64,000 nucleotides of DNA from Streptosporangiaceae bacterium (GTDB lineage: Bacteria; Actinomycetota; Actinomycetes; Streptosporangiales; Streptosporangiaceae): contig JAOPYH010000305.1 in NCBI GenBank assembly GCA_025964715.1, positions 7,485-71,484 of the forward strand, given 5' to 3'. The notes below the pieces were generated by a model that saw nothing but the letters and a program-made list of their open reading frames with translations, had not been told where the DNA came from and did not search any database. Below, piece by piece: positions 17,311 through 29,326 of the stretch. How positions within the stretch are numbered: the stretch's first letter is position 1; every line of letters starts with the position of its first letter. Made by a program: the position numbers and the translations under genes.

Positions 17311-17577
17311 TGTGCCTCACGGCCGTGCTACGGGGTGGCGGGCCTGCGGCGGCGGCAGCGGCGGACCGTCTCGCGGCCGGTGGCTGATCCGCACATCCTC
17401 ATTGCGACATCCTTTGGGCAATGATAAACCGGCTGAATTGCCCAGGAAGTTCAGGATATTCGCGAGAAACTGCAATACCGCCAGTGAACATTGCCTCAAC
17501 TGAATTCGGCGCGCACAATGGCAGTTGCGTCTGTCGCCCGGCGCAACTGTCCCGCCACCGCCCCGAAGCAGGTTTCT

Positions 17578-18441
17578 ATGGTGCAGCGCCCGGTCCGCGG
17601 CCTCCTAGCCCTCATCTCAGTCCTCTCCTTGGCCGCGGTCCTGGTCACGGGCCTGACCGCCATACCGCTGTCGGCCGCCTCCGGGCCCGCGCGGATGGCC
17701 GCGCTCGGCGACTCCATCACACGCGGGTTCAATGCCTGCGGGTGGTACGTCGACTGTCCGAGCACTTCCTGGGCCAGCGGCTCCGAGCGCGCGATAAGAA
17801 GTCACTACCTACGGCTGAGGGCCAGAAACAGGTCTCTCGCGGTCTACAACGACGCCGTCAGCAAGGCCAAGGTCGACGCTCTCGCCTCGCAGGCCGCTTC
17901 GGCGGTGGCGCAGCGCGCCGACTATGTCACCATTCTCATCGGCTCCAATGACGCGTGCACGCGATCGGAGGAGGCGATGACCTCAGTGGCCGATTTCGAG
18001 ACCCGATTCCGGGCCGCGATGAACGTCCTGCGCCACGGCGTCCCGGACGCGCTGATCTTCGTGTCGAGCATCCCGGACATCAAGCGGCTGTGGGAGGTGG
18101 GCAGGAACGACGCCGTCGCCCGGGTGGCCTGGACGTTACTCGGCGTCTGCAGGTCCATGATGTTCAAGCCCGCGTCGACAGCGGCGGTGGACGTGGCGCG
18201 CCGCAACCACGTACGCCGGCGCGTGATCGGCTTCAACCGGGTCCTCGCCGGGGTGTGCGCGGAGAACCCGCGGTGCAGGTCGGACGGCAATGCCGTCTTC
18301 TCCTACCCCTTCCAGCTGTCGAACGTGAGCCACTGGGACTTCTTCCACCCGAACGCAAGCGGCCAGGCGGCACTGGCACAGGTGACCTTCAGGTCCGGAT
18401 ACTGGGCGCCGGCGCCCAGCCGCCACAACCGCCACCGCTGA
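17578..18441 (+). CDS. Secreted SGNH/GDSL hydrolase
   Basis: Signal peptide; ALGDSIT, IGSNDAC and DFFHPN blocks. Confidence 0.9.
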   Translation: MVQRPVRGLLALISVLSLAAVLVTGLTAIPLSAASGPARMAALGDSITRGFNACGWYVDCPSTSWASGSERAIRSHYLRLRARNRSLAVYNDAVSKAKVDALASQAASAVAQRADYVTILIGSNDACTRSEEAMTSVADFETRFRAAMNVLRHGVPDALIFVSSIPDIKRLWEVGRNDAVARVAWTLLGVCRSMMFKPASTAAVDVARRNHVRRRVIGFNRVLAGVCAENPRCRSDGNAVFSYPFQLSNVSHWDFFHPNASGQAALAQVTFRSGYWAPAPSRHNRHR

Positions 18442-18471
18442 GGACCGCGCAGTGCGGCCGGAGTGCGGGTT

Positions 18472-19848
18472 TCAGCACTCGATGACGTTGACGGCCAAGC
18501 CGCCGCGCGAGGTCTCCTTGTACTTGTCCAGCATGTCCCGCCCGGTGTCGCGCATCGTCTTGATGACCTTGTCCAGCGAGACGAAGTGCTCCCCGTCACC
18601 GCGCAGCGCGATGCGGGCGGCAGTGATGGCCTTGATGGACGCCACCGCGTTCCGCTCTATGCAGGGCACCTGCACGAGCCCGCCGACCGGGTCGCACGTC
18701 AGGCCGAGATTGTGCTCGATCCCGATCTCGGCGGCGTTCTCGACCTGCTCGGGGGTGCCGCCGAGCACCTCGGTGAGGCCGGCCGCCGCCATCGAACAGG
18801 CGGACCCGACCTCACCCTGACAGCCGACCTCGGCGCCGGAGATCGAGGCGTTCTCCTTGATCAGCACCCCGACCGCGCCGGCGGCCAGCAAAAAGCGGAT
18901 CACGCCGTCGTCGCCGGCCTCGGGGACGAACCGGTCGTAGTAGTGCAGCACCGCCGGGATGATCCCGGCGGCTCCGTTGGTGGGGGCCGTGACGATGCGG
19001 CCCCCCGCGGCGTTCTCCTCGTTCACCGCGAGCGCGAACAGCGTCACCCAGTCCATGGCCTGGAGCGGATCCTCTCCGGCCTGTTCACCGCTGAGCTCCC
19101 GGTGCAGTTGAGGGGCCCGACGGCGGACCTTGAGCCCTCCGGGCAGCAGCCCCTCCTGGGCGCAGCCGCGCCGTACGCATTCGCGCATGACCTGCCACAG
19201 GTCCAGGAGGCGGTCGCGGATCTCCTGCTCCGACCGGCCGAAGGCCTTCTCGTTCTCCATAACGAGCGCCGACACGGGAAGGCCGGTCTTCCGTGTCCAG
19301 CTCAGCAGTTCGGCGGCGCTGGCGAAGGGATGGGGGAGCACGGTGTCGTCGGCCTTGATCCGGTCGGCCCCCGTGGCGTTCTCGTCGGCGATGAAGCCGC
19401 CCCCGACCGAGTAGTAGACCCGGGAGCGGAGCTCGGCGCCCGCGGCGTCGCAGGCGGTGAACCTCATCCCGTTCGGATGTCCGGGCAGCGACTGCTTGCG
19501 GTCGAAGACCAGGTGGTCACCGACGACGAACGGCACCTCGTGCTCGCCCCACAGCCGCAGGGTCCCACGTTCCCGGATGACGCGCAGGCGCTCGTCGACC
19601 GCGTCGACGTCCACGCGTTCGGGCTTGTCGCCTTCGAGTCCCAGGATCACGGCCTTGTCGCTGCCATGTCCCCTGCCGGTCAGGCCGAGCGAGCCGTACA
19701 ACACCACGCGTACGGACGCGGCCTGGTCGAGGAGCCCGTCCGCGTGCAGGCCGCGGGTGAACCGGTGGGCGGCGGCCATCGGGCCCCCGGTGTGCGAGCT
19801 GGAAGGGCCGATACCGACCTTGAAGAGGTCGAAGACACTGATCGCCAT
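18472..19848 (-). CDS. sdaA: L-serine ammonia-lyase (Fe-S)
   Basis: [30 protein letters not shown] and PCIERN motifs. Confidence 0.96.
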   Translation of the reverse strand: MAISVFDLFKVGIGPSSSHTGGPMAAAHRFTRGLHADGLLDQAASVRVVLYGSLGLTGRGHGSDKAVILGLEGDKPERVDVDAVDERLRVIRERGTLRLWGEHEVPFVVGDHLVFDRKQSLPGHPNGMRFTACDAAGAELRSRVYYSVGGGFIADENATGADRIKADDTVLPHPFASAAELLSWTRKTGLPVSALVMENEKAFGRSEQEIRDRLLDLWQVMRECVRRGCAQEGLLPGGLKVRRRAPQLHRELSGEQAGEDPLQAMDWVTLFALAVNEENAAGGRIVTAPTNGAAGIIPAVLHYYDRFVPEAGDDGVIRFLLAAGAVGVLIKENASISGAEVGCQGEVGSACSMAAAGLTEVLGGTPEQVENAAEIGIEHNLGLTCDPVGGLVQVPCIERNAVASIKAITAARIALRGDGEHFVSLDKVIKTMRDTGRDMLDKYKETSRGGLAVNVIEC

Positions 19849-19956
19849 GCACGACTCCGTTGTGGTGAAGGGCGAAGGAGGTCACGCCTGAGTGAGGCGT
19901 GCCAGGGCCCTCTCCCGTGATCACTGCACGCGATCACGGGAGAGGGGCGGAGCCGT

Positions 19957-21213
19957 TCAGCGGCCGGGATAGAGCGGGTGCTTGGCGGCGAGGGCCTCGG
20001 TCCGGGCGCGGAGCGCGGCCGCGTCGTAGGACGGCTGCAGGGCCAGCGCCAGGATGTCGGCGACCTCGCGGAAGTCCTCGGCCTGGAAACCCCGCGTCGC
20101 CAGTGCCGGCGTGCCCACGCGCAGGCCCGACGTCACCATCGGGGGGCGCGGGTCGTTCGGCACCGCGTTGCGGTTGACCGTGATCCCGATGTCGTGCAGC
20201 CGGTCCTCGGCGTCACGCCCGGTGAGCTCGGAGTCCACCAGGTCGACGAGCACCAGGTGCACGTCGGTTCCGCCGGTGAGCACCTTGACGCCGGCCTTGG
20301 CGGCGTCCTCCTCCAGCAGCCGTTCGGCGAGGATCCTGGCGCCCTCGACCGTACGGGACTGCTGCTCTCGGAACTCCTCCGACCCGGCGATCTTCAGCGC
20401 GACGGCCTTGGCCGCGATCACGTGCTCGAGGGGGCCGCCCTGCATGCCCGGGAACACCGCCGAGTTGATCTTCTTGGCGTACTCCTTCCGGCACAGGATC
20501 AGGCCGCCCCGCGGACCGCACAGCGTCTTGTGGGTGGTCGTCGTGACGATGTCGGCGTAGGGCACGGGAGAGGGGTGCAGGCCGGCCGCGACCAGCCCGG
20601 CGAAGTGGGCCATGTCGACCATGAAGAGCGCACCCACTGAGTCGGCGATCTCCCGGAAGGCCGCGAAGTCCAGCTGCCGGGGATAGGCGGACCAGCCGGC
20701 CACGATCATCTTCGGCCTGTGCTCGGCGGCGAGCGCGGCGACCTCTTCCATGTCGACCAGGCCATTGTCGGGGCTGACGTGGTAGGGCACCACGTTGAGC
20801 ACCTTGCCGGAGTAGTTCAGCCGCATGCCGTGGGTCAGGTGGCCGCCGTGCGCCAGGTCCAGCCCGAGGATCGTGTCGCCCGGCTGGAGCAGCGCGAAGT
20901 AGACAGCCGTGTTGGCCTGGGCGCCGGAGTGCGGTTGTACGTTGGCGTGCTCCGCGCCGAACAGTTCCTTGGCCCGGTCGATCGCGAGCTGCTCGGTGAC
21001 ATCCACGTACTCGCAGCCGCCGTAGTAGCGCCGCCCGGGATAGCCCTCGGCGTACTTGTTCGTCAGCACCGAGCCCTGGGCCTCGAGCACCGCCACTGGA
21101 GCGAAGTTCTCCGAGGCGATCATCTCGAGCGTGGACCGCTGCCGGTCCAGCTCGGCCTGGACCGCCGCGGCCACCTCGGGATCGACGGATGCCAGCGGGT
21201 CGTACATGCTCAT
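19957..21213 (-). CDS. glyA: Serine hydroxymethyltransferase
   Basis: [26 protein letters not shown] and TTTTHKTL motifs. Confidence 0.97.
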   Translation of the reverse strand: MSMYDPLASVDPEVAAAVQAELDRQRSTLEMIASENFAPVAVLEAQGSVLTNKYAEGYPGRRYYGGCEYVDVTEQLAIDRAKELFGAEHANVQPHSGAQANTAVYFALLQPGDTILGLDLAHGGHLTHGMRLNYSGKVLNVVPYHVSPDNGLVDMEEVAALAAEHRPKMIVAGWSAYPRQLDFAAFREIADSVGALFMVDMAHFAGLVAAGLHPSPVPYADIVTTTTHKTLCGPRGGLILCRKEYAKKINSAVFPGMQGGPLEHVIAAKAVALKIAGSEEFREQQSRTVEGARILAERLLEEDAAKAGVKVLTGGTDVHLVLVDLVDSELTGRDAEDRLHDIGITVNRNAVPNDPRPPMVTSGLRVGTPALATRGFQAEDFREVADILALALQPSYDAAALRARTEALAAKHPLYPGR

Positions 21214-21602
21214 TGGTCGCGCTCCTCGATCAGCTTGGAGTAGGCGCCGGCGTCCAGCAGACCGCCGAGCTCACCCTCCGGCCGTACCTTGAACAACCAA
21301 CCCTCGCCGTAGGGATCGGTGTTGATCACGCTCGGGTCATCGATGACCGCGCTGTTGACGGCGCTGATCTCGCCCGTCACGGGCGCGTAGATGTCGCTCA
21401 CCGACTTGGTCGACTCGGCCTCGCCGCACGGCTCACCAGCCGAGACCTCGACACCTTCCTCGGGCAGCGAGACATACACGATGTCGCCGAGGGCGTCCGC
21501 GGCATATGCGGTGATGCCTACCGTGACCACGCCGTTGTCGCTGGCATGGTCGGCGATCCACTCGTGTTCCTCGGTGTACTGCAGCTGCTCAGGAACGCTC
21601 AC
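21210..21602 (-). CDS. gcvH: Glycine cleavage system H protein
   Basis: YTEEHEW, lipoyl [14 protein letters not shown]. Confidence 0.96.
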   Translation of the reverse strand: MSVPEQLQYTEEHEWIADHASDNGVVTVGITAYAADALGDIVYVSLPEEGVEVSAGEPCGEAESTKSVSDIYAPVTGEISAVNSAVIDDPSVINTDPYGEGWLFKVRPEGELGGLLDAGAYSKLIEERDQ

Positions 21603-21620
21603 GACTTCTCTCTCCCCAAA

Positions 21621-22727
21621 TCAGGATCGCTTGTAGAAGGGCAGGGCCACCACGTCGACGGGCTCGTGCCGGCCGCGGATGTCCACCGCGAGGCCATCGG
21701 TGCCGACTCCGGTGTTCAGGTAGGCCATGGCGATCGGAGTGCCCAGTGTCGGCGACGGGGCACCGCTGGTCACGACCCCGCACGGCGTGCCATCGGACGT
21801 TACGATCTCGTACCCATGTCTGGGCACTCGACGCCCCCGCGCCACCAGCCCGACGAGCGTGCGCCCGGGCGGGGTCTGCGACAGGGCGGTGAAGGCCGTC
21901 TTGCCCACGAAATCGCCGGGCTTGTCCAGCTTCACCACTCGGCCGAGGCCCGCTTCGTACGGCGTCGTCTCCGCGGAGAGCTCATTGCCGTACAGCGGCA
22001 TGCCGGCCTCGAGGCGCAGCGTGTCACGGGCGGACAGCCCGGCCGGCCGGAGGTCGTCGCCGCCGGCCTCGGTGAGGGAGTGCCACAGCCGTACGGCCTC
22101 GCCGGCGGACACGAACAGCTCGAAGCCGTCCTCACCGGTGTAGCCGGTGCGGGCGATCAGCACGTCGGTGCCGGAGACCTGGCCGGCCATGATCGCGTAG
22201 TACTTGAGCTCGCCGAGTGGAGCGTCGCTCAGGCGGGAGAGGATCTCCTGAGCCTTGGGCCCCTGCACGGCGATCAGACCGTAGGCGTCGGAGCGGTCAT
22301 CGATCGCGGCCTGGCGTCCGGCGCTGCGCTCGAGGAGCGCCGAGCGTACGGTCGCGATGTTCGAAGCGTTGGCGACGACCATGAAGGTCTCGTCGGCCAG
22401 CCGGTAGACGATGAGGTCGTCCAGCACACCGCCCGCCACCTCGCAGATCATGGTGTAGCGGGCGCGCCCGAGGGCCAGGGCCGACAGGTTCCCGACCAGT
22501 GAGTAGTCGAGGGCCTCGGCGGCCTGCGGCCCGGACACGAAGATCTCGCCCATGTGGGAGAGGTCGAACAGGCCGGCGCTGGTGCGGACGGCGAGGTGCT
22601 CGGCCGTCTCGCTTCCGTAGCGCAGCGGCATCAGGTGGCCGGCGAAGTCGACGAGGTTGGCGCCGAGGTCCTTGTGGACGTCGTGCAGCGGCGTTTTCTT
22701 GGCGGTCGCGTCAGGTGGCGCGGACAT
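21621..22727 (-). CDS. gcvT: Glycine cleavage system aminomethyltransferase T
   Basis: FDLSHMG, ARTGYTGEDGFE and RDTLRLEAG motifs. Confidence 0.96.
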   Translation of the reverse strand: MSAPPDATAKKTPLHDVHKDLGANLVDFAGHLMPLRYGSETAEHLAVRTSAGLFDLSHMGEIFVSGPQAAEALDYSLVGNLSALALGRARYTMICEVAGGVLDDLIVYRLADETFMVVANASNIATVRSALLERSAGRQAAIDDRSDAYGLIAVQGPKAQEILSRLSDAPLGELKYYAIMAGQVSGTDVLIARTGYTGEDGFELFVSAGEAVRLWHSLTEAGGDDLRPAGLSARDTLRLEAGMPLYGNELSAETTPYEAGLGRVVKLDKPGDFVGKTAFTALSQTPPGRTLVGLVARGRRVPRHGYEIVTSDGTPCGVVTSGAPSPTLGTPIAMAYLNTGVGTDGLAVDIRGRHEPVDVVALPFYKRS

Positions 22728-22798
22728 CGAGGGAAGCTCCTTATGGCGCGGCTGGTGCCCTTATCGTCGCACCAGCACACCGGCGGTGTCGGCGCCTC

Positions 22799-22985
22799 CC
22801 CCTCTGTCATCGGTGCCTGAGAGCTTCACCTCGCGAGGGAGGTTTTCACCTTCGGCGGGGGACGTCGGTCCCCGCTTTCCAGAGGTCGCCTGGTCCGTAC
22901 GGTCCGTTCGCCTGAGAGGTTCCGGGGAGGAGTTGCTCCTTCGGCGGCCCACGCCGGATGCGAGGGCTCTCTCCCGTACGGGATC
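22799..22985 (-). ncRNA. Tandem glycine riboswitch
   Basis: Minus strand: GGGAGAG..CGCCGAAGGAGCAA..CTCTCAGGC, then CTCTGGAAAG..CGCCGAAGGTGAAA..CTCTCAGGCA..GACAGAG; upstream of gcvT; further hairpin GCTGGTGC/GCACCAGC at 22751-22776. Confidence 0.95.
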
Positions 22986-23144
22986 AACAGCTGCTCCCGA
23001 GGCTAGCAGTTCACCGGCCCTCCGACGCGGGCGTGGCACCTGGGGACACCTGGGGACGATTGTCATCTCACCTACACACCGTCGCCGGGCGTGGCATATC
23101 ACGTACGCTGATTTCGACTTGGCGAGGATCACGGAGGCGAGCGG

Positions 23145-24446
23145 ATGGAAACGCTGATCATTCTCGGCGGAGCGTTGCTGTTCTTCGTGCTGCTCATGAT
23201 CTCAATCGCTCTTCATGAGCTCGGGCACCTGTCCTTCGCGAAGCTGTTCGGGGTGCGTACGACGCAGTACATGGTCGGGTTCGGCCCGACGATGTGGTCG
23301 CGGCGCAAGGGCGAGACCGAATACGGCATCAAGTGGATCCCGCTGGGCGGCTACATCCGGATGATCGGCATGCTTCCGCCGCGGAAGGCGGACGCTCCGG
23401 GGACCGTGCGGTCGTCGTCCACGGGGCCGTTCCAGGGCCTGATCGAGTCGGCGCGGGGCGCCGCGCTCGAGGAGGTGCGCCCTGGTGACGAGGACCGCGT
23501 CTTCTATTCGAAGAAGTGGTGGCAGAAGTTCCTGATCATGCTGGCCGGGCCGGCCATGAACATCCTGCTCGCGGTCCTGTTCTTCGGCGTGCTGATCATG
23601 GGGATCGGCGTCGACAACGCGACTCCGGTGGTCAGCTCGGTCTCCAAGTGCGTGATCCCGGCGGACCAGGCGGGCCGTGAGTGCAAGGCCGGTGAGCCGT
23701 TGACGCCGGCCGCGGCGGCCGGGCTGAGCGCCGGCGACCGGATCATGTCCTACGAGGGCACGAAGATCGGTTCCTTCGCGCAGCTGCAGCGACTCATCCG
23801 CGACTCAGGCGGACGGACCGTGCCGGTCGTCGTTCAGCGAGCAGGGAAGACGATCCCGCTGCAGGTCAAGGTCACCACCAATCAGCTGGTCTCCCTGGAC
23901 AAGCCCGGCAAGACCGAGACGGTCGGCTTCCTCGGCATCACGCCGCTCATCGCCAAGGAGCGACAGGGGCCGGGCGCCGTGGCGGATCAGATGGGCCAGC
24001 TGACCACGCGTACGGTCGGCGCGCTGATCGGGATGCCGCAGAAGATGGTCGGCGTGTGGCACGCCGCCTTCAGCGACCAGAAGCGCGACCCGAACGGGCC
24101 GATCGGCGTCGTCGGCGCCAGCCGCATCGGTGGCGAGATCCTCGCCTCCAACAACAACGCCGTCAACAAGGTGTCGTGGTTCCTGTCCGTCCTGGCCTCG
24201 GTGAACTTCGCGGTGGGCATGTTCAACCTCATCCCGCTGCTGCCGCTGGACGGCGGCCACATCGCCGGCGCGCTGTGGGAGGCGCTCAAGCGCGGGCTGG
24301 CCAGGGTGGTCCGGCGGCCTGACCCCGGCTATGTGGACGTCGCCAAGTTGCTGCCGCTGACCTACGCCATGGCGATATTCATGATCGTGATGGGCGCCCT
24401 GTTGATCTATGCCGACCTGGTGAACCCCATCCACTTCACCGGCTGA
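23145..24446 (+). CDS. M50 site-2 intramembrane metalloprotease with PDZ (RseP/Rip1-like)
   Basis: HELGH, LGGYIRM, AGPAMN and NLIPLLPLDGGH motifs. Confidence 0.93.
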   Translation: METLIILGGALLFFVLLMISIALHELGHLSFAKLFGVRTTQYMVGFGPTMWSRRKGETEYGIKWIPLGGYIRMIGMLPPRKADAPGTVRSSSTGPFQGLIESARGAALEEVRPGDEDRVFYSKKWWQKFLIMLAGPAMNILLAVLFFGVLIMGIGVDNATPVVSSVSKCVIPADQAGRECKAGEPLTPAAAAGLSAGDRIMSYEGTKIGSFAQLQRLIRDSGGRTVPVVVQRAGKTIPLQVKVTTNQLVSLDKPGKTETVGFLGITPLIAKERQGPGAVADQMGQLTTRTVGALIGMPQKMVGVWHAAFSDQKRDPNGPIGVVGASRIGGEILASNNNAVNKVSWFLSVLASVNFAVGMFNLIPLLPLDGGHIAGALWEALKRGLARVVRRPDPGYVDVAKLLPLTYAMAIFMIVMGALLIYADLVNPIHFTG

Positions 24447-24464
24447 CGGCTTTTCGCGGCCTCG

Positions 24465-25568
24465 TCAGGCGCTGGGGAGTACGCCTGTGATGAGGAAGGT
24501 GTGCAGGGCCTTGAGGTAGGGGTCGATGTCGATTCCCTTCCCGGCCAGCCAGGAGTCCGAGCCGTAGGTTTCGACATAGCGCTCGCCGCCGTCGCAGATC
24601 AGCGTGACCACGCTGCCTCGCTCCCCGCGGGCCCGCATCTCGCTGATCAGCCGTGCCGCTCCCCACATGTTGGTGCCGGTCGACCCACCGACGCTGCGGC
24701 CCGAGACCTCGGTGGTCCAGCGCATCGCCGCGATCGAGGCGCCGTCCGGGACACGGATCATCCGATCGATCACGGTCGGCAGGAACGACGGCTCCACCCG
24801 GGGCCGGCCGATGCCCTCGATCCGTGACCCGGGCGCCGTACGGCCGTAGTCGCCCGACACCCAGGCGTCGAAGAACGCCGAGCCCTCCGGATCCACGACG
24901 GCCATGCGGGTGTCGAAGCGCCGGTAGCGGGTGTAGCGGCCGATCGTCGCCGACGTGCCACCTGTGCCGGCACTGACCACGATCCAGGCGGGCACGGGAT
25001 AGCGCTCCAGTGACAGCTGACTGAAGATCGACTCGGCGATGTTGTTGTTGCCGCGCCAGTCGGTGGCCCGCTCGGCGTAGGTGAACTGGTCCATGAAGTG
25101 GCCGCCGGTCTCGTCGGCCAGCCTCCGGGACTCCGCGTATATCGCCGCCGGCTCGTCCACGAAGTGGCAGCGCCCGCCCTGGAACTCGATGAGGGCGATC
25201 TTCTCCGGGCTGGTCGACTTGGGGATCACGGCGATGAAGGGCAGGCCGAGCAACCGGGCGAAGTAGGCCTCGCTGACCGCGGTCGAGCCGCTGGAGGCCT
25301 CTATGATCGTGCTCTCCTCGCGGATCCAGCCGTTCGCCAAGCCATAGAGGAACAACGACCGGGCCAGCCGGTGTTTCAGGGACCCTGTGGGATGTACGGA
25401 CTCGTCCTTGAGGTACAGATCGATGCCCCATGCCAGCGGCAGCGGGAACACATGCAGATGAGTGTCCGCGCTTCGGTTGGCGTCGGCCTCCACCTTGCGG
25501 ATGGCCTCTGCGGTCCAGGCGCGACAGGCCTGGTCCGGGCGATCGGCCACGATATCGGCTAGATCCAT
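24465..25568 (-). CDS. cds1: PLP-dependent cysteine synthase family, Cds1-type L-cysteine desulfhydrase
   Basis: [45 protein letters not shown]. Confidence 0.85.
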   Translation of the reverse strand: MDLADIVADRPDQACRAWTAEAIRKVEADANRSADTHLHVFPLPLAWGIDLYLKDESVHPTGSLKHRLARSLFLYGLANGWIREESTIIEASSGSTAVSEAYFARLLGLPFIAVIPKSTSPEKIALIEFQGGRCHFVDEPAAIYAESRRLADETGGHFMDQFTYAERATDWRGNNNIAESIFSQLSLERYPVPAWIVVSAGTGGTSATIGRYTRYRRFDTRMAVVDPEGSAFFDAWVSGDYGRTAPGSRIEGIGRPRVEPSFLPTVIDRMIRVPDGASIAAMRWTTEVSGRSVGGSTGTNMWGAARLISEMRARGERGSVVTLICDGGERYVETYGSDSWLAGKGIDIDPYLKALHTFLITGVLPSA

Positions 25569-25675
25569 AAGGGGTTTTCTCCGGTGCGATAATTCGGGTA
25601 GGCAGGAGACCTCATCAGGTCCCCGCACGGTACGCGGGCATCGTAGGGGCGTAGACGTTGGGGGGCGCGAACGAT

Positions 25676-26536
25676 ATGGGGCATTTGTTCGCAACTCGGA
25701 TCCTGGAGACCGGCCGGCTGCCGTTGTTCGCCTTCTTTGTGGCCTTCATCGTCACGTTCGTGCTGACCCGCGTCAACGTACGGCTGATCCGGGCGAACGT
25801 GCAGTGGTGGTTCAAGAACCTCCAGGCCGGTGACCTGCACATACATCATGTGGTCTTCGGTGTGGTGCTCATGCTGGTCGGCGGGGTCGCCTCCTTCGCG
25901 ACCCCGAACGGCTACCACGTGCTGTACGCGCTGGCCGCCACCGTCTTCGGCATCGGCTCCGCGCTCGTGCTGGACGAGTTCGCGCTGATCCTCCACCTGC
26001 GCGACGTCTACTGGGCCGAGGAGGGAAGGGCATCGGTCGACGCGGTCTTCGTCGCGATCGCCCTGACCGGGCTGCTGCTGCTCGGCGCCCGGCCGGTCGG
26101 CTTCACCGGAGTCGACGACAGGGGAGAGGCGTCGGTGCTCAACCCCTTGATCCCGGCGAGCATCTATCTCCTCTCCCTCGTCATCAACCTCACCCTCGCG
26201 GTAGTGACGCTGCTCAAAGGCAAGATCTGGACCGGGCTGATCGGACTGTTCGTCCCCCTGTTCGTCTACGTCGGCGCGCTCAGGGTCGCGCGCCCCGGTT
26301 CGCCGTGGGCTCGATGGCTCTATCAGCCGGAGTCCCGGAAATACCGCAGAGCCCGGCACCGCGAGGATCGGATCAGGCATCCGCTGATCCAGGGCAAGAT
26401 CTGGGTTCAGGAATTCATCGCCGGTCGCCACGACCTGATCCTGGCCGAACAGCGGCAGCGCAGCCGCGTGTGGACCCGCAGGCGGGACGACACAAGAGAT
26501 GACCAAAAGGAGATCTCGGACGCGTCGCGTCCCTAG
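25676..26536 (+). CDS. Conserved actinobacterial integral membrane protein
   Basis: Multiple TMs; [24 protein letters not shown] and ARPGSPWAR motifs. Confidence 0.8.
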   Translation: MGHLFATRILETGRLPLFAFFVAFIVTFVLTRVNVRLIRANVQWWFKNLQAGDLHIHHVVFGVVLMLVGGVASFATPNGYHVLYALAATVFGIGSALVLDEFALILHLRDVYWAEEGRASVDAVFVAIALTGLLLLGARPVGFTGVDDRGEASVLNPLIPASIYLLSLVINLTLAVVTLLKGKIWTGLIGLFVPLFVYVGALRVARPGSPWARWLYQPESRKYRRARHREDRIRHPLIQGKIWVQEFIAGRHDLILAEQRQRSRVWTRRRDDTRDDQKEISDASRP

Positions 26537-26639
26537 GCCGTGTCCCGGCGATCTTGGTTAGCATGGGCGCCGCGGCCCGGCACCCGCGGCACCTCCGCAC
26601 CGAGGATGAGTCCGGCGGCACCGTAGTCGGGGAGTGCGG

Positions 26640-28166
26640 CTAGTCGGGGAGCGCGGCGATCGTACGTACGGTCTCGACGGTGTCGGCCTCGGCAGGAGAC
26701 TTGTCCGGGCGGTGCCGCAGCACCCGGGCGAATCGCAGTGCCATGCCGCCCGGATAGCGGGAGCTGCGCTGCACGCCGTCGAAGGCGACCTCAACGACGA
26801 GCTCCGGCCGCACGTGGACCGTCCAGGCGTCACTGTGGACCGCCAGCTCGCTGAGCCGCTCGGTCTGCCAGTCGAGCATCTTGTCGGTGAGGCCCTTGAA
26901 CGTCTTGCCGAGCATCACCAGCTCGCCGGTCGCCGGGTCGCGGGCGCCCAGGTGCAGGTTGGACAGCTTGCCCCTGCGTCGCCCGTGACCCCATTCGACG
27001 GCCAGCACCACGAGGTCGAGGGTGTGCCGCGGTTTCACCTTGATCCAGCCGGCCCCGCGCCGCCCCGCGGTGTAGGGGGTCTCCAGCGACTTGGCGACCA
27101 CGCCCTCATGGCCGCGTGCGACGGCGCCGGTGAAGACCTCAGTGGCCTCCGCCGCCGACGCGGTGACGAGGCGGGGCATGATCAGCTCGTCGGGGGCCAC
27201 GCCGGACAGGGCCCTGTGCCGCTCGGCGCCGGGGCGGTCCAGCAGATCCTCGCCGTCCAGATGGAGCGCGTCGAACAGGAAGACCGACAGCGGGACTCCG
27301 GGGTCCTTGTGGCTCGCCGTACGCGCAGAGGTCACCTGGAAGGGATGAGGGTGTCCGTCGGGGCGTAGGGCGATGAGCTCGCCGTCGAACACCGCCGACC
27401 GTACGGGCAGATCGCGCAGGGCCTTCACGACCTCAGGCAGCCGGTCGGTGATGTCGTCGAGGGTCCGGGTGAACACGCTGACCGCGGAGCCCTCGATGTG
27501 GATCTGGGCGCGGATGCCGTCGAGCTTCCACTCCACCGCGACCGGATTGTCCGGGGCCTTGAGCTTGTGGAAGGCGTCTTCCACGGAGGGAGCACTGGCC
27601 GCCAGCATGGGCTTGATCGGCCGCCCGACCTCCAGGCCGAACCCGCGCAGGCCCGCGGACCCCTGTGCCAGCGCGGCCGTCGCCACTGGAGGCAGAGCAC
27701 CCCGGAGCATGGCGGCGCGCCGCACCTCGACGGCGGGGACCTGCGAGGCGGCCGCCACCGCCTCGGCCATCACGCCGTCCAGGGCACCCTGCCGCAGCTC
27801 GCCGGACAGCAGGCGGACGACGAAGTCCTGTTCCTCCCGGGTGGCCCGTCCGAGGACGCCGTGCAGGAGCTCACGGCGGGCCGTGATGGAGCCCCGGCCG
27901 GACAGGCCGCCGATCTCACTGAAGGCGGCGTCGACCTCACTCACGGCCAGGCTGGGCTCGCCCGCCGGAGCCGGTGCCTCTCGCAGGGCCGCGTGGCCGA
28001 CCCCGATCTGCCGTTGGGGCAGCTCGCCGGCCAGATAGGCCACCGCGACCGCGACGTCGGCGGGGCCGGCGTCCCGCAGGCACTGGGCGAGCAGCTCGAT
28101 CTTGGCCCGGCGGGCCGAAGTAGCGGCCACGGCCCGGGAAGTGCGAGCGATCTCGGCGAGCAGCAC
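26640..28166 (-). CDS. ligB: ATP-dependent DNA ligase (LigB type)
   Basis: EWKLDGIR adenylation motif, EGVVAK, WIKVKP, ALRFAR. Confidence 0.92.
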   Translation of the reverse strand: MLLAEIARTSRAVAATSARRAKIELLAQCLRDAGPADVAVAVAYLAGELPQRQIGVGHAALREAPAPAGEPSLAVSEVDAAFSEIGGLSGRGSITARRELLHGVLGRATREEQDFVVRLLSGELRQGALDGVMAEAVAAASQVPAVEVRRAAMLRGALPPVATAALAQGSAGLRGFGLEVGRPIKPMLAASAPSVEDAFHKLKAPDNPVAVEWKLDGIRAQIHIEGSAVSVFTRTLDDITDRLPEVVKALRDLPVRSAVFDGELIALRPDGHPHPFQVTSARTASHKDPGVPLSVFLFDALHLDGEDLLDRPGAERHRALSGVAPDELIMPRLVTASAAEATEVFTGAVARGHEGVVAKSLETPYTAGRRGAGWIKVKPRHTLDLVVLAVEWGHGRRRGKLSNLHLGARDPATGELVMLGKTFKGLTDKMLDWQTERLSELAVHSDAWTVHVRPELVVEVAFDGVQRSSRYPGGMALRFARVLRHRPDKSPAEADTVETVRTIAALPD

Positions 28167-28278
28167 AGTCCCATTGTGTCCCCGCGGGGTGACAGAACCG
28201 CGCACCCCTGGATGGATCGCACCCGGACTGCATAGGTTTCTGGGAGAAGACCTCGACATCAGGGGAGTTGGGAGCTGG

Positions 28279-29040
28279 ATGGGTCTGCCGAGGCCTCAAG
28301 AGCCCTTCCATCGCGTCTACTCGCCACCGGAGCCGCCGTCGACCGCGGGCAGGTCCACGATGGTCGGAGTGATCACGGCCGTCCTCGCGGTCTGCGCCAC
28401 CGTCTCGGTGATCCTGGTCCTGGGGTCCGACCCGGCGCGCAGGGCCCGTGGTGAGTCGGCCGGATCTCCGGGCTCCTCCGGTTCGCCCGCGGCCACCGCT
28501 TCCTCCTCCGGCGCACGGCCGGCCACGCCGGCGGCCCCGTCGGCTCGGGCGTTGTCCGTGCTGCCGCCGCCGTGCGGCACCGCGCGCCGCGCGACCGTGA
28601 ACCGGCTCGTCCCGAAGGCGAAGGTCGAGCAGGCCGCGAACACCACTCTCGCCACGTGCACCTACTCCTCGGCCGGTACGACGTCGCGGTGGCTTCGGAT
28701 CGAGAACCGCATCTTCGATCCGATCGGCGGGGACAACGCGGCTCAGACCGCATCCGGTTTCTTCGGCGCGCAGTGGACGCGCGTCCGCGAGGACCCGACG
28801 GTGCGGATCGTCAGCCTGAAGCGACAGGACGGGCTCGGAGACGAGGCCTATCGCGCGTACAAGCTCGACAACGGCCAGCCGACGGTGGTCGGCGAGGTCG
28901 GCATTCGGTGGCGCAACGCCGTCATAACGGTGAGCTACAGCGGAGTGGCGCCGAACCCCGCCGACGACGCCGCGAATGAGCGAAAGTATCTCACCGAGGC
29001 GACCGGAGTTGCACGAGAAGTGCTCGGTGCGTTGCAATAG
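28279..29040 (+). CDS. Membrane-anchored extracytoplasmic protein of unknown function
   Basis: Single TM, Ser/Pro/Ala linker, C-terminal domain with two Cys and GLGDEA motif. Confidence 0.7.
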   Translation: MGLPRPQEPFHRVYSPPEPPSTAGRSTMVGVITAVLAVCATVSVILVLGSDPARRARGESAGSPGSSGSPAATASSSGARPATPAAPSARALSVLPPPCGTARRATVNRLVPKAKVEQAANTTLATCTYSSAGTTSRWLRIENRIFDPIGGDNAAQTASGFFGAQWTRVREDPTVRIVSLKRQDGLGDEAYRAYKLDNGQPTVVGEVGIRWRNAVITVSYSGVAPNPADDAANERKYLTEATGVAREVLGALQ

Positions 29041-29254
29041 GGCATTGTGTGACGATCCCTCAACAATTCCTGACCTGAACCGGCCGACTCGGTGATTTGT
29101 CGGCGCGACAACTCGTATGGTTGGGCCTCGTTACAAGGGGCGGGCAGTCCGGTGACCACAGAATGCATCGGACTGGTTACACATTTTGGGGGTACGGGGA
29201 ACGGCTGTGACGTTCCTTCGGCTCGCGCGTCACGTGGAGGAGGAGGCGACGGAT

Positions 29255-29293
29255 GTGACCGCGACAAGAGGCGGAGTTTCCTGGGTGCGTTAG
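29255..29293 (+). CDS. Candidate 12-aa small ORF (MTATRGGVSWVR)
   Basis: GGAGGAGGAGG at 29236-29246, GTG 8 nt later, TAG stop, terminator 34 nt downstream. Confidence 0.35.
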   Translation: MTATRGGVSWVR

Positions 29294-29326
29294 CAACCCG
29301 CAGGTGAGGCCGGCATTTGCCGGCCG

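Noticed and set aside
26640-28166. NHEJ or novel repair system with dinB and ung
   Set aside because: Ligase is LigB-type; no Ku, LigC or LigD; the repair genes are dispersed and unlinked
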